NCBI GenBank assembly: GCA_964057225.1
Contig: OZ059895.1
Coordinates: 12,152,001-12,216,000, forward strand
Source of the DNA: Auanema rhodensis
Lineage: Eukaryota; Animalia; Nematoda
DNA: 64,000 nt
Reading direction: 5' to 3'
Shown here: positions 10,809-23,410 of the stretch, piece after piece
How positions within the stretch are numbered: position 1 is the first letter of the stretch
How the letters are laid out: each line of letters begins with the position of its first letter
The notes under the pieces: model-generated
The model's input: the letters and a program-made list of their open reading frames with translations, nothing else
Told to the model about the DNA's origin: nothing
Databases searched by the model: none
Translations under genes and position numbers: made by a program

Positions 10809-13800
10809 GAAAATATCTGATATTCGATGATTTACATACTTATCCTCGTTATTGTTTTTTTTCCAATTTCATGTTAGAATTTATTGTATTTGGATCTCAT
10901 AAAATTTGATATCATCGAGGGATTTAGATGTAACGTAGAAAATTACATAACTAAAATGAAATCGGAAAAAAAACAATAACGAGGATAAGTATGTAAATCA
11001 TTGAATATCAGATATTTCCGCTTACGACCATACCACGTTGAAAGTACGCCATCCCGTCCGATCTGGCAAGTCAAGCAACGTTGGGCCCGGTTAGTACTTG
11101 GATCGTAGACGGCTTGGGAATCCCGGGTGCCGTAAGCTTTTCAAATTTTTTTAACGATCATACCACGTTGAAAGTACGCCATGCAGCTGATTTTCAATTT
11201 TATCTCTTCCGTAACAAATGTTTTCAATTTTCCAGCAGTTTTACTTAGATAGCTCAACCCAAGGCATCAAAAAATCTTCAATCTTATTTCTATATTACAG
11301 TTATAAACCAGTAGTTTATGAACCTTAATCTTAACTTTACTGTTTCTATCTATTTCCTATTGAAACAAACAATGTTTTAACACTATACAACTTTTAAACC
11401 TTTTTTAATTTATTGTATTTGGAGCTCATAAGATTTGATATCATCGAGGGATTTAGATGTAACGTAGAAAATTACATAACTAACATGAAATTGGAAAAAA
11501 AACAATAACGAGGATAAGTATGTAAATCATTGAATATCAGATATTTCCGCTTACGACCATACCACGTTGAAAGTACGCCATGCAGCTGATTTTCAATTTC
11601 ATCTCTTCCGTAACAAATGTTTTTAATTTTCCAGCAGTTTTACTTAGATAGCTCAACCCAAGGCATCAAAAAATCTTCAATCTTATTTCTATATTACAGT
11701 AATAAACCAGTAGTTTATGAACCTTAATCTTAACTTTACTGTTTCTATCTATTTCCTATTAAAACAAACGTTGTTTAAACACTATACAACTGTGAAACCT
11801 TTTTTAATTTATTGTATTTGGAGCTCATAAGATTTGATATCATCGAGGTATTTAGATGTTACGTAGAAAATTACATAACTAACATGAAATTGGAAAAAAA
11901 ACAATAACGAGGATAAGTATGTAAATCATTGAATATCAGGTATTTTCGCTTACGACCATACCACGTTGAAAGTACGCCATCCCGTCCGATCTGGCAAGTC
12001 AAGCAACGTTGGGCCCGGTTAGTACTTGGATCGTAGACGGCTTGGGAATCCCGGGTGCCGTAAGCTTTTCAAATTTTTTTAACGATCATACCACGTTGAA
12101 AGTACGCCATGCAGCTGATTTTCAATTTTATCTCTTCCGTAACAAATGTTTTCAATTTTCCAGCAGTTTTACTTAGATAGCTCAACCCAAGGCATTAAAA
12201 TATCTTCAATCTTATTTCTATATTACAGTTATAAACCAGTAGTTTATGAACCTTCATCTTAACTTTACTGTTTCTATCTATTTCCTATTAAAACAAACGT
12301 TGTTTAAACACTATAGAACTGTGAAACCTTTTTTAATTTATTGTATTTGGAGCTCATAAGATTTGATATCATCGAGGGATTTAGATGTAACGTAGAAAAT
12401 TACATAACTAACATGAAATTGGAAAAAAAACAATAACGAGGATAAGTATGTAAATCATTGAATATCAGATATTTCCGCTTACGACCATACCACGTTGAAA
12501 GTACGCCATGCAGCTGATTTTCAATTTTATCTCTTCCGTAACAAATGTTTTTAATTTTCCAGCAGTTTTACTTAGATAGCTAAACCGAAGGCATCAAAAT
12601 ATCTTCAATCCTATTTCTATATTACATTTATAAACCAGTAGTTCATGAACCTTCATCTTAACTTTACTGTTTCTATCTATCTCCTATTGAAACAAACAAT
12701 GTTTTAACACTATACAACTGTGAAACCTTTTTTAATTTATTGTATTTGGAGCTCATAAGATTCAATATCATCGAGGGATTTAGATGTAACATAGAAAATT
12801 ACATAACTAACATGAAATTGGAAAAAAAAACAATAACGAGGATAAGTATGTAAATCATTGAATATCAGATATTTTCGCTTACGACCATACCACGTTGAAA
12901 GTACGCCATCCCGTCCGATCTGGCAAGTCAAGCAACGTTGGGCCCTGTTAGTACTTGGATCGGAGACGGCTTGGGAATCCCGGGTGCCGTAAGCTTTTCA
13001 AATTTTTTTAACGATCATACCACGTTGAAAGTACGCCATGCAGCTGATTTTCAATTTTATCTCTTCCGTAACAAATGTTTTCAATTTTCCAGCAGTTTTA
13101 CTTAGATAGCTCAACCCAAGGCATCAAAAAATCTTCAATCTTATTTCTATATTACAGTTATAAACCAGTAGTTTATGAACCTTAATCTTAACTTTACTGT
13201 TTCTATCTATTTCCTATTGAAACAAACAATGTTTTAACACTATACAACTTTTAAACCTTTTTTAATTTATTGTATTTGGAGCTCATAAGATTTGATATCA
13301 TCGAGGGATTTAGATGTAACGTAGAAAATTACATAACTAACATGAAATTGGAAAAAAAACAATAACGAGGATAAGTATGTAAATCATTGAATATCAGATA
13401 TTTCCGCTTACGACCATACCACGTTGAAAGTACGCCATGCAGCTGATTTTCAATTTCATCTCTTCCGTAACAAATGTTTTTAATTTTCCAGCAGTTTTAC
13501 TTAGATAGCTCAACCCAAGGCATCAAAAAATCTTCAATCTTATTTCTATATTACAGTAATAAACCAGTAGTTTATGAACCTTAATCTTAACTTTACTGTT
13601 TCTATCTATTTCCTATAAAAACAAACGTTGTTTAAACACTATACAACTGTGAAACCTTTTTTAATTTATTGTATTTGGAGCTCATAAGATTTGATATCAT
13701 CGAGGTATTTAGATGTTACGTAGAAAATTACATAACTAACATGAAATTGGAAAAAAAACAATAACGAGGATAAGTATGTAAATCATTGAATATCAGGTAT

Positions 13801-14792
13801 TTTCGCTTACGACCATACCACGTTGAAAGTACGCCATCCCGTCCGATCTGGCAAGTCAAGCAACGTTGGGCCCGGTTAGTACTTGGATCGTAGACGGCTT
13901 GGGAATCCCGGGTGCCGTAAGCTTTTCAAATTTTTTTAACGATCATACCACGTTGAAAGTACGCCATGCAGCTGATTTTCAATTTTATCTCTTCCGTAAC
14001 AAATGTTTTCAATTTTCCAGCAGTTTTACTTAGATAGCTCAACCCAAGGCATTAAAATATCTTCAATCTTATTTCTATATTACAGTTATAAACCAGTAGT
14101 TTATGAACCTTCATCTTAACTTTACTGTTTCTATCTATTTCCTATTGAAACAAACATTGTTTAAACACTATACAACTGTGAAACCTTTTTTAATTTATTG
14201 TATTTGGATCTCATAAGATTTGATATCATCGAGGGATTTAGATGTTACGTAGAAAATTACATAACTAACATGAAATTGGAAAAAAAACAATAACGAGGAT
14301 AAGTATGTAAATCATTGAATATCAGATATTTTCGCTTACGATCATACCACGTTGAAAGTACGCCATCCCGTCTGATCTGGCAAGTCAAGCAACGTTGGGC
14401 CCGGTTAGTACTTGGATCGGAGACGGCTTGGGAATCCCGGGTGCCGTAAGCTTTTCAAATTTTTTTAACGATCATACCACGTTGAAAGTACGCCATGCAG
14501 CTGATTTTCAATTTTATCTCTTCCGTAACAAATGTTTTCAATTTTCCAGCAGTTTTACTTAGATAGCTCAACCCGAGGCATTAAAATATCTTCAATCTTA
14601 TTTCTATATTACAGTTATAAACCAGTAGTTTATGAACCTTCATCTTAATTTTACTGTTTTTATCTATTTCCTATTGAAACAAACATTGTTTAAACACTAT
14701 ACAACTGTGAAACCTTTTTTAATTTATTGTATTTGGATCTCATAAGATTTGATATCATCGAGGGATTTAGATGTAACGTAGAAAAATACATA

Positions 14793-14909
14793 CTTACGGC
14801 ACCCGGGATTCCCAAGCCGTCTCCGATCCAAGTACTAACCGGGCTCAACGTTGCTTGACTTGCCAGATCGGACGGGATGGCGTACTTTCAACGTGGTATG
14901 GTCGTAAGC
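14793..14909 (-). rRNA. Inverted 5S copy
   Basis: Same inverted cassette. Confidence 0.9.
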
Positions 14910-15579
14910 GAAAATATCTGATATTCAATGATTTACATACTTACCCTCGTTATTGTTTTTTTTCCAATTTCATGTTAGAATTTATTGTATTTGGATCTCA
15001 TAAGATTTGATATCATCGAGGGATTTAGATGTAACGTAGAAAATTACATAACTAAAATGAAATCGGAAAAAAACAATAACGAGGATAAGTATGTAAATCA
15101 TTGAATATCAGATATTTTCGCTTACGACCATACCACGTTGAAAGTACGCCATCCCGTCCGATCTGGCAAGTCAAGCATACGTTGGGACCGGTTAGTACTT
15201 GGATCGTAGACGGCTTGGGAATCCCGGGTGCCGTAAGCTTTTCAAATTTTTTTAACGATCATACCACGTTGAAAGTACGCCATGCAGCTGATTTTCAATT
15301 TTATCTCTTCCGTAACAAATGTTTTCAATTTTCCAGCAGTTTTACTTAGATAGCTCAACCCGAGGCATTAAAATATCTTCAATCTTATTTCTATATTACA
15401 GTTATAAACCAGTAGTTTATGAACCTTCATCTTAATTTTACTGTTTTTATCTATTTCCTATTGAAACAAACATTGTTTAAACACTATACAACTGTGAAAC
15501 CTTTTTTAATTTATTGTATTTGGATCTCATAAGATTTGATATCATCGAGGGATTTAGATGTAACGTAGAAAAATACATA

Positions 15580-15696
15580 CTTACGGCACCCGGGATTCCC
15601 AAGCCGTCTCCGATCCAAGTACTAACCGGGCTCAACGTTGCTTGACTTGCCAGATCGGACGGGATGGCGTACTTTCAACGTGGTATGGTCGTAAGC
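15580..15696 (-). rRNA. Inverted 5S copy
   Basis: Same inverted cassette. Confidence 0.9.
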
Positions 15697-17292
15697 GAAA
15701 ATATCTGATATTCGATGATTTACATACTTATCCTCGTTATTGTTTTTTTTCCAATTTCATGTTAGAATTTATTGTATTTGGATCTCATAAAATTTGATAT
15801 CATCGAGGGATTTAGATGTAACGTAGAAAATTACATAACTAAAATGAAATCGGAAAAAAAACAATAACGAGGATAAGTATGTAAATCATTGAATATCAGA
15901 TATTTCCGCTTACGACCATACCACGTTGAAAGTACGCCATCCCGTCCGATCTGGAAGTCAAGCAACGTTGGGCCCGGTTAGTACTTGGATCGTAGACGGC
16001 TTGGGAATCCCGGGTGCCGTAAGCTTTTCAAATTTTTTTAACGGTCATGCCACGTTGAAAGAACGCCATGCAGCTGATTTTCAATTTTATCTCTTCCGTA
16101 ACAAATGTTTTTAATTTTCCAGCAGTTTTACATAGATAGCTCAACCCAAGGCATCAAAATATCTTCAATCTTATTTCTTTATTACAGTTAAAAACCAGTA
16201 GTTTATGAACCTTCATCTTAACTTCACTGTTTCTATCTATTTCCTATTAAAACAAACGTTGTTTAAACACTATAGAACTGTGAAACCTTTTTTAATTTAT
16301 TGTATTTGGAGCTCATAAGATTTGATATCATCGAGGGATTTAGATGTAACGTAGAAAATTACATAACTAACATGAAATTGGAAAAAAAACAATAACGAGG
16401 ATAAGTATGTAAATCATTGAATATCAGATATTTCCGCTTACGACCATACCACGTTGAAAGTACGCCATGCAGCTGATTTTCAATTTTATCTCTTCCGTAA
16501 CAAATGTTTTTATTTTCCAGCAGTTTTACTTAGATAGCTAAACCGAAGGCATCAAAATATCTTCAATCCTATTTCTATATTACATTTATAAACCAATAGT
16601 TCATGAACCTTCATCTTAACTTTACTGTTTCTATCTATTTCCTATTGAAACAAACAATGTTTTAACACTATACAACTGTGAAACCTTTTTTAATTTATTG
16701 TATTTGGAGCTCATAAGATTCAATATCATCGAGGGATTTAGATGTAACATAGAAAATTACATAACTAACATGAAATTGGAAAAAAAACAATAACGAGGAT
16801 AAGTATGTAAATCATTGAATATCAGATATTTTCGCTTACGATCATACCACGTTGAAAGTACGCCATCCCGTCTGATCTGGCAAGTCAAGCAACGTTGGGC
16901 CCGGTTAGTACTTGGATCGGAGACGGCTTGGGAATCCCGGGTGCCGTAAGCTTTTCAAATTTTTTTAACGATCATACCACGTTGAAAGTACGCCATGCAG
17001 CTGATTTTCAATTTTATCTCTTCCGTAACAAATGTTTTCAATTTTCCAGCAGTTTTACTTAGATAGCTCAACCCGAGGCATTAAAATATCTTCAATCTTA
17101 TTTCTATATTACAGTTATAAACCAGTAGTTTATGAACCTTCATCTTAATTTTACTGTTTTTATCTATTTCCTATTGAAACAAACATTGTTTAAACACTAT
17201 ACAACTGTGAAACCTTTTTTAATTTATTGTATTTGGATCTCATAAGATTTGATATCATCGAGGGATTTAGATGTAACGTAGAAAAATACATA

Positions 17293-17409
17293 CTTACGGC
17301 ACCCGGGATTCCCAAGCCGTCTCCGATCCAAGTACTAACCGGGCTCAACGTTGCTTGACTTGCCAGATCGGACGGGATGGCGTACTTTCAACGTGGTATG
17401 GTCGTAAGC
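17293..17409 (-). rRNA. Inverted 5S copy
   Basis: Same inverted cassette. Confidence 0.9.
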
Positions 17410-18079
17410 GAAAATATCTGATATTCAATGATTTACATACTTACCCTCGTTATTGTTTTTTTTCCAATTTCATGTTAGAATTTATTGTATTTGGATCTCA
17501 TAAGATTTGATATCATCGAGGGATTTAGATGTAACGTAGAAAATTACATAACTAAAATGAAATCGGAAAAAAACAATAACGAGGATAAGTATGTAAATCA
17601 TTGAATATCAGATATTTTCGCTTACGACCATACCACGTTGAAAGTACGCCATCCCGTCCGATCTGGCAAGTCAAGCATACGTTGGGCCCGGTTAGTACTT
17701 GGATCGTAGACGGCTTGGGAATCCCGGGTGCCGTAAGCTTTTCAAATTTTTTTAACGATCATACCACGTTGAAAGTACGCCATGCAGCTGATTTTCAATT
17801 TTATCTCTTCCGTAACAAATGTTTTCAATTTTCCAGCAGTTTTACTTAGATAGCTCAACCCGAGGCATTAAAATATCTTCAATCTTATTTCTATATTACA
17901 GTTATAAACCAGTAGTTTATGAACCTTCATCTTAATTTTACTGTTTTTATCTATTTCCTATTGAAACAAACATTGTTTAAACACTATACAACTGTGAAAC
18001 CTTTTTTAATTTATTGTATTTGGATCTCATAAGATTTGATATCATCGAGGGATTTAGATGTAACGTAGAAAAATACATA

Positions 18080-18196
18080 CTTACGGCACCCGGGATTCCC
18101 AAGCCGTCTCCGATCCAAGTACTAACCGGGCTCAACGTTGCTTGACTTGCCAGATCGGACGGGATGGCGTACTTTCAACGTGGTATGGTCGTAAGC
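18080..18196 (-). rRNA. Inverted 5S copy
   Basis: Same inverted cassette. Confidence 0.9.
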
Positions 18197-21100
18197 GAAA
18201 ATATCTGATATTCGATGATTTACATACTTATCCTCGTTATTGTTTTTTTTCCAATTTCATGTTAGAATTTATTGTATTTGGATCTCATAAAATTTGATAT
18301 CATCGAGGGATTTAGATGTAACGTAGAAAATTACATAACTAAAATGAAATCGGAAAAAAAACAATAACGAGGATAAGTATGTAAATCATTGAATTTCAGA
18401 TATTTCCGCTTACGACCATACCACGTTGAAAGTACGCCATCCCGTCCGATCTGGAAGTCAAGCAACGTTGGGCCCGGTTAGTACTTGGATCGTAGACGGC
18501 TTGGGAATCCCGGGTGCCGTAAGCTTTTCAAATTTTTTTAACGGTCATGCCACGTTGAAAGAACGCCATGCAGCTGATTTTCAATTTTATCTCTTCCGTA
18601 ACAAATGTTTTTAATTTTCCAGCAGTTTTACATAGATAGCTCAACCCAAGGCATCAAAATATCTTCAATCTTATTTCTTTATTACAGTTAAAAACCAGTA
18701 GTTTATGAACCTTCATCTTAACTTCACTGTTTCTATCTATTTCCTATTAAAACAAACGTTGTTTAAACACTATAGAACTGTGAAACCTTTTTTAATTTAT
18801 TGTATTTGGAGCTCATAAGATTTGATATCATCGAGGGATTTAGATGTAACGTAGAAAATTACATAACTAACATGAAATTGGAAAAAAAACAATAACGAGG
18901 ATAAGTATGTAAATCATTGAATATCAGATATTTCCGCTTACGACCATACCACGTTGAAAGTACGCCATGCAGCTGATTTTCAATTTTATCTCTTCCGTAA
19001 CAAATGTTTTTAATTTTCCAGCAGTTTTACTTAGATAGCTAAACCGAAGGCATCAAAATATCTTCAATCCTATTTCTATATTACATTTATAAACCAGTAG
19101 TTCATGAACCTTCATCTTAACTTTACTGTTTCTATCTATTTCCTATTGAAACAAACAATGTTTTAACACTATACAACTGTGAAACCTTTTTTAATTTATT
19201 GTATTTGGAGCTCATAAGATTCAATATCATCGAGGGATTTAGATGTAACATAGAAAATTACATAACTAACATGAAATTGGAGAAAAAAACAATAACGAGG
19301 ATAAGTATGTAAATCATTGAATATCAGATATTTTCGCTTACGACCATACCACGTTGAAAGTACGCCATCCCGTCCGATCTGGCAAGTCAAGCAACGTTGG
19401 GCCCTGTTAGTACTTGGATCGGAGACGGCTTGGGAATCCCGGGTGCCGTAAGCTTTTCAAATTTTTTTAACGATCATGCCACGTTGAAAGAACGCCATGC
19501 AGCTGATTTTCAATTTTATCTCTTCCGTAACAAATGTTTTTAATTTTCCAGCAGTTTTACTTAGATAGCTCAACCCAAGGCATCAAAATATCTTCAATCT
19601 TATTTCTATATTACAGTTATAAACCAGTAGTTTATGAACCTTAATCTTAACTTTACTGTTTCTATCTATTTCCTATTTAAACAAACAATGTTTTAACACT
19701 ATACAACTGTGAAACCTTTTTCAATTTATTATATTTGGAGCTCATAAGATTCAATATCATCGAGGGATTTAGATGTAACGTAGAAAATTACATAACTAAC
19801 ATGAAATTGGAAAAAAAACAATAACGAGGATAAGTATGTAAATCATTGAATATCAGATATTTCCGCTTACGACCATACCACGTTGAAAGTACGCCATGCA
19901 GCTGATTTTCAATTTTATCTCTTCCGTAACAAATGTTTTCAATTTTCCAGCAGTTTTACTTAGATAGCTCAACCCAAGGCATCAAAATATCTTCAATCTT
20001 ATTTCTTTATTACAGTTAAAAACCAGTAGTTTATGAACCTTCATCTTAACTTCACTGTTTCTATCTATTTCCTATTAAAATAAACGTTGTTTAAACACTA
20101 TAGAACTGTGAAACCTTTTTTAATTTATTGTATTTGGAGCTCATAAGATTTGATATCATCGAGGGATTTAGATGTAACGTAGAAAATTACATAACTAACA
20201 TGAAATTGGAAAAAAAACAATAACGAGGATAAGTATGTAAATCATTGAATATCAGATATTTCCGCTTACGACCATACCACGTTGAAAGTACGCCATGCAG
20301 CTGATTTTCAATTTTATCTCTTCCGTAACAAATGTTTTTAATTTTCCAGCAGTTTTACTTAGATAGCTAAACCGAAGGCATCAAAATATCTTCAATCCTA
20401 TTTCTATATTACATTTATAAACCAGTAGTTCATGAACCTTCATCTTAACTTTACTGTTTCTATCTATTTCCTATTGAAACAAACAATGTTTTAACACTAT
20501 ACAACTGTGAAACCTTTTTAATTTATTGTATTTGGAGCTCATAAGATTCAATATCATCGAGGGATTTAGATGTAACATAGAAAATTACATAACTAACATG
20601 AAATTGGAAAAAAAAACAATAACGAGGATAAGTATGTAAATCATTGAATATCAGATATTTTCGCTTACGACCATACCACGTTGAAAGTACGCCATCCCGT
20701 CCGATCTGGCAAGTCAAGCAACGTTGGGCCCGGTTAGTACTTGGATCGGAGACGGCTTGGGAATCCCGGGTGCCGTAAGCTTTTCAATTTTTTTTAACGA
20801 TCATACCACGTTGAGAGTACGCCATGCAGCTGATTTTCAATTTTATCTCTTCCGTAACAAATGTTTTTAATTTTCCAGCAGTTTTACTTAGATAGCTCAA
20901 CCCAAGGCATCAAAATATCTTCAATCTTATTTCTATATTACAGTTATAAACCAGTAGTTTATGAACCTTAATCTTAATTTTACTGTTTTTATCTATTTCC
21001 TATTGAAACAAACATTGTTTAAACACTATACAACTGTGAAACCTTTTTTAATTTATTGTATTTGGATCTCATAAGATTTGATATCATCGAGGGATTTAGA

Positions 21101-21652
21101 TGTTACGTAGAAAATTACATAACTAACATGAAATTTGGAAAAAAAAACAATAACGAGGATAAGTATGTAAATCATTGAATATCAGATATTTTCGCTTACG
21201 ACCATACCACGTTGAAAGTATGCCATCCCGTCCGATCTGGCAAGTCAAGCATCGTTGGGCCCGGTTAGTACTTAGGTCGGAGACGGCTTGGGAATCCCTG
21301 GTGCCGTAAGCTTTTCAATTTTTTTTAACGATCATACCACGTTGAAAGTACGCCATGCAGCTGATTTTCAATTTTATCTCTTCCGTAACAAATGTTTTCA
21401 ATTTTCCAGCAGTTTTACTTAGATAGCTCAACCCGAGGCATTAAAATATCTTCAATCTTATTTCTATATTACAGTTATAAACCAGTAGTTTATGAACCTT
21501 CATCTTAATTTTACTGTTTTTATCTATTTCCTATTGAAACAAACATTGTTTAAACACTATACAACTGTGAAACCTTTTTTAATTTATTGTATTTGGATCT
21601 CATAAGATTTGATATCATCGAGAGATTTAGATGTAACGTAGAAAAATACATA

Positions 21653-21769
21653 CTTACGGCACCCGGGATTCCCAAGCCGTCTCCGATCCAAGTACTAACC
21701 GGGCTCAACGTTGCTTGACTTGCCAGATCGGACGGGATGGCGTACTTTCAACGTGGTATGGTCGTAAGC
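21653..21769 (-). rRNA. Inverted 5S copy
   Basis: Same inverted cassette. Confidence 0.9.
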
Positions 21770-21981
21770 GAAAATATCTGATATTCAATGATTTACATAC
21801 TTATCCTCGTTATTGTTTTTTTTCCAATTTCATGTTAGAATTTATTGTATTTGGATCTCATAAGATTTGATATCATCGAGGGATTTAGATGTAACATAGA
21901 AAATTACATAACTAACATGAAATTGGAAAAAAAAACAATAACGAGGATAAGTATGTAAATCATTGAATATCAGATATTTTC

Positions 21982-22049
21982 GCTTACGACCATACCACGT
22001 TGAAAGTACGCCATCCCGTCCGATCTGGCAAGTCAAGCAACGTTGGGCC
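21982..22049 (+). pseudogene. 5' half (nt 1-68) of the 5S gene interrupted by element B; ends in TSD GGGCC 22045-22049
   Basis: 5S sequence stops at ...CAACGTTGGGCC and resumes at 31995 with GGGCCCGGTTAG. Confidence 0.96.
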
Positions 22050-22387
22050 TGTCGCTTGACAAACTGGACTTTTACCTCCAAGTATCAGTCCAAGTATGGA
22101 GTCGGTTCGTATGAGTGCGGTATTATGCGTTAAGACAAGTTAAATGAAGAAAGGTTTATTCAATAAATGCAACAACAGTAAAGTGAACAAGTGGATTGAT
22201 TCTAGAAATTCCAAGAAATCCTAAAATCAATACAAAATTGGTGAGACATGAGTTTTTTCCATCTGGTTCTCCCTTTTATAGGGAGGCACCAGATGGATCA
22301 AGGGGAGGAGAATGTTTTTGCGAGACAAAGTAAGAATGAGTGAAAATCAGTATGAAACTTACATATTCTTTCACGTCGACCGTGACA
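22050..22387 (-). repeat. 3' LTR of element B
   Basis: TGTCGCTTGAC...GACCGTGACA; no difference found from 31657-31994; minus-strand TATAAAA 22274-22280 and AATAAA 22155-22160. Confidence 0.97.
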
Positions 22388-22395
22388 GTCCGCGC

Positions 22396-22881
22396 CTAAA
22401 GTCTTCTTTTTTTGTTTGCTGAGCAGAGAGCAGAATGATGATCCGTTCCTTGACAGCGACTGCAGGTTATGTTGCAGTCGTCCATGTGCGCGGGGGCCAA
22501 GCATTTCACACAGATTCTTAGATGGTTACATCTAAGTGATCTGTGGTGGGCAGTTGGATATACTGGACAGTTGAACGAGCGATGGCCGTCGGCAGGAGTT
22601 GATTCACAGAATACGCATGAGTTAGGGTTCTTTAGGTTGGCAAGATTGTTGGTATTGTTGAGGAGAAGCTGCGATTGCAAATAGAGTTGATCAATCTTTG
22701 CGTTTAGTTGCTCCAGAGCAGCTTCAATGTTGGACGCACGAAGACGACTCTTTTCTTCAAGAATAATAATATGCTTCAGTTTTAGCGGTTCGCTTGGAAG
22801 CTGCTCCATATTTGAAAGCTTCAAATCATCGATGATTGATAGGAGGTTATCGTTCATTCTGACCGAAGTAGGTTCGGTCAT
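22396..22881 (-). CDS. Accessory sense ORF of element B: coiled coil plus triple zinc knuckle plus basic C-terminus (161 aa from ATG)
   Basis: CVFC-x7-H-x4-C, CVKC-x4-H-x3-C, CSRC-x4-HH-x3-C, ending KKRRL. TACTTCAG acceptor-like site 15 nt before the ATG; stop 8 nt before the 3' LTR; homologue in element C. Confidence 0.85.
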   Translation of the reverse strand: MTEPTSVRMNDNLLSIIDDLKLSNMEQLPSEPLKLKHIIILEEKSRLRASNIEAALEQLNAKIDQLYLQSQLLLNNTNNLANLKNPNSCVFCESTPADGHRSFNCPVYPTAHHRSLRCNHLRICVKCLAPAHMDDCNITCSRCQGTDHHSALCSANKKRRL

Positions 22882-23020
22882 AATGATCGTCCGCAACTGA
22901 AGTATTTGTAAAATTTATCTCTATTTATACTAGATTTTTGTACCTCCCCCTTGAATTTTTCTTTTGTTTTCTTTAGATTCAAAAAAAAAATTTTTTTTTT
23001 TATAGTTGTAGTTGTTGCAG

Positions 23021-23410
23021 ATGTCACAAATACAGTATCAGATGGAAGAAGACGAGCTCGGTCCATATGAATTATGCGATCGATGTAAGGCTCAGGACAC
23101 TCATCGTATACGGGAAGGCCCGGTAAGCTTATTGTTTTTTATTTATTTATTATATATTTTTTTTTTTTTTTTTTTTTTTTTATCTCAGTATTGTTGCAGA
23201 TGACGGACGATGAGCTTTATCCGGAGGATGGAGTTGAGCCAACTCGGGAGCAGCTCATCTACATGTTCTCGAGGATGCCGTTGCCTCCCAACTGCAGATT
23301 CTGCAGGGCAAAGAACCCCCGCCACCACGAACGTGAGGAGGTAAGCTTATATATTTTAACTGTGAATGTAAGTATTCTTGCAGATCTCAGACGATGATAG
23401 TGAGGGGTAA
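23021..23410 (+). CDS. Spliced antisense gene of element B; exons 23021-23122, 23200-23340, 23384-23410; 89-aa acidic protein with two CxxC motifs
   Basis: Phase-0 introns GTAAGC...TTGCAG of 77 and 43 nt; AATAAA at 23516-23521; frame and splice sites conserved in element C with mostly synonymous changes. Confidence 0.82.

Larger units (their letters stand above)
5944..22049 (+). repeat. 5S rDNA array block 1: about 20 full-length forward 5S copies, 9 truncated units, 7 inverted copies, 1 interrupted copy
   Basis: Full copies start near 6003, 6532, 7061, 7989, 8917, 9446, 10232, 11020, 11948, 12877, 13805, 14334, 15120, 15908, 16834, 17620, 18408, 19336, 20663, 21194. Unit 529 bp (full) or 399 bp (truncated). 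Confidence 0.95.

Noticed and set aside
22878-23066. Low-complexity ORFs 22878-23066, 59087-59284, 59179-59379, 59486-59683
   Set aside because: Run through homopolymer tracts and are not conserved in frame between B and C.
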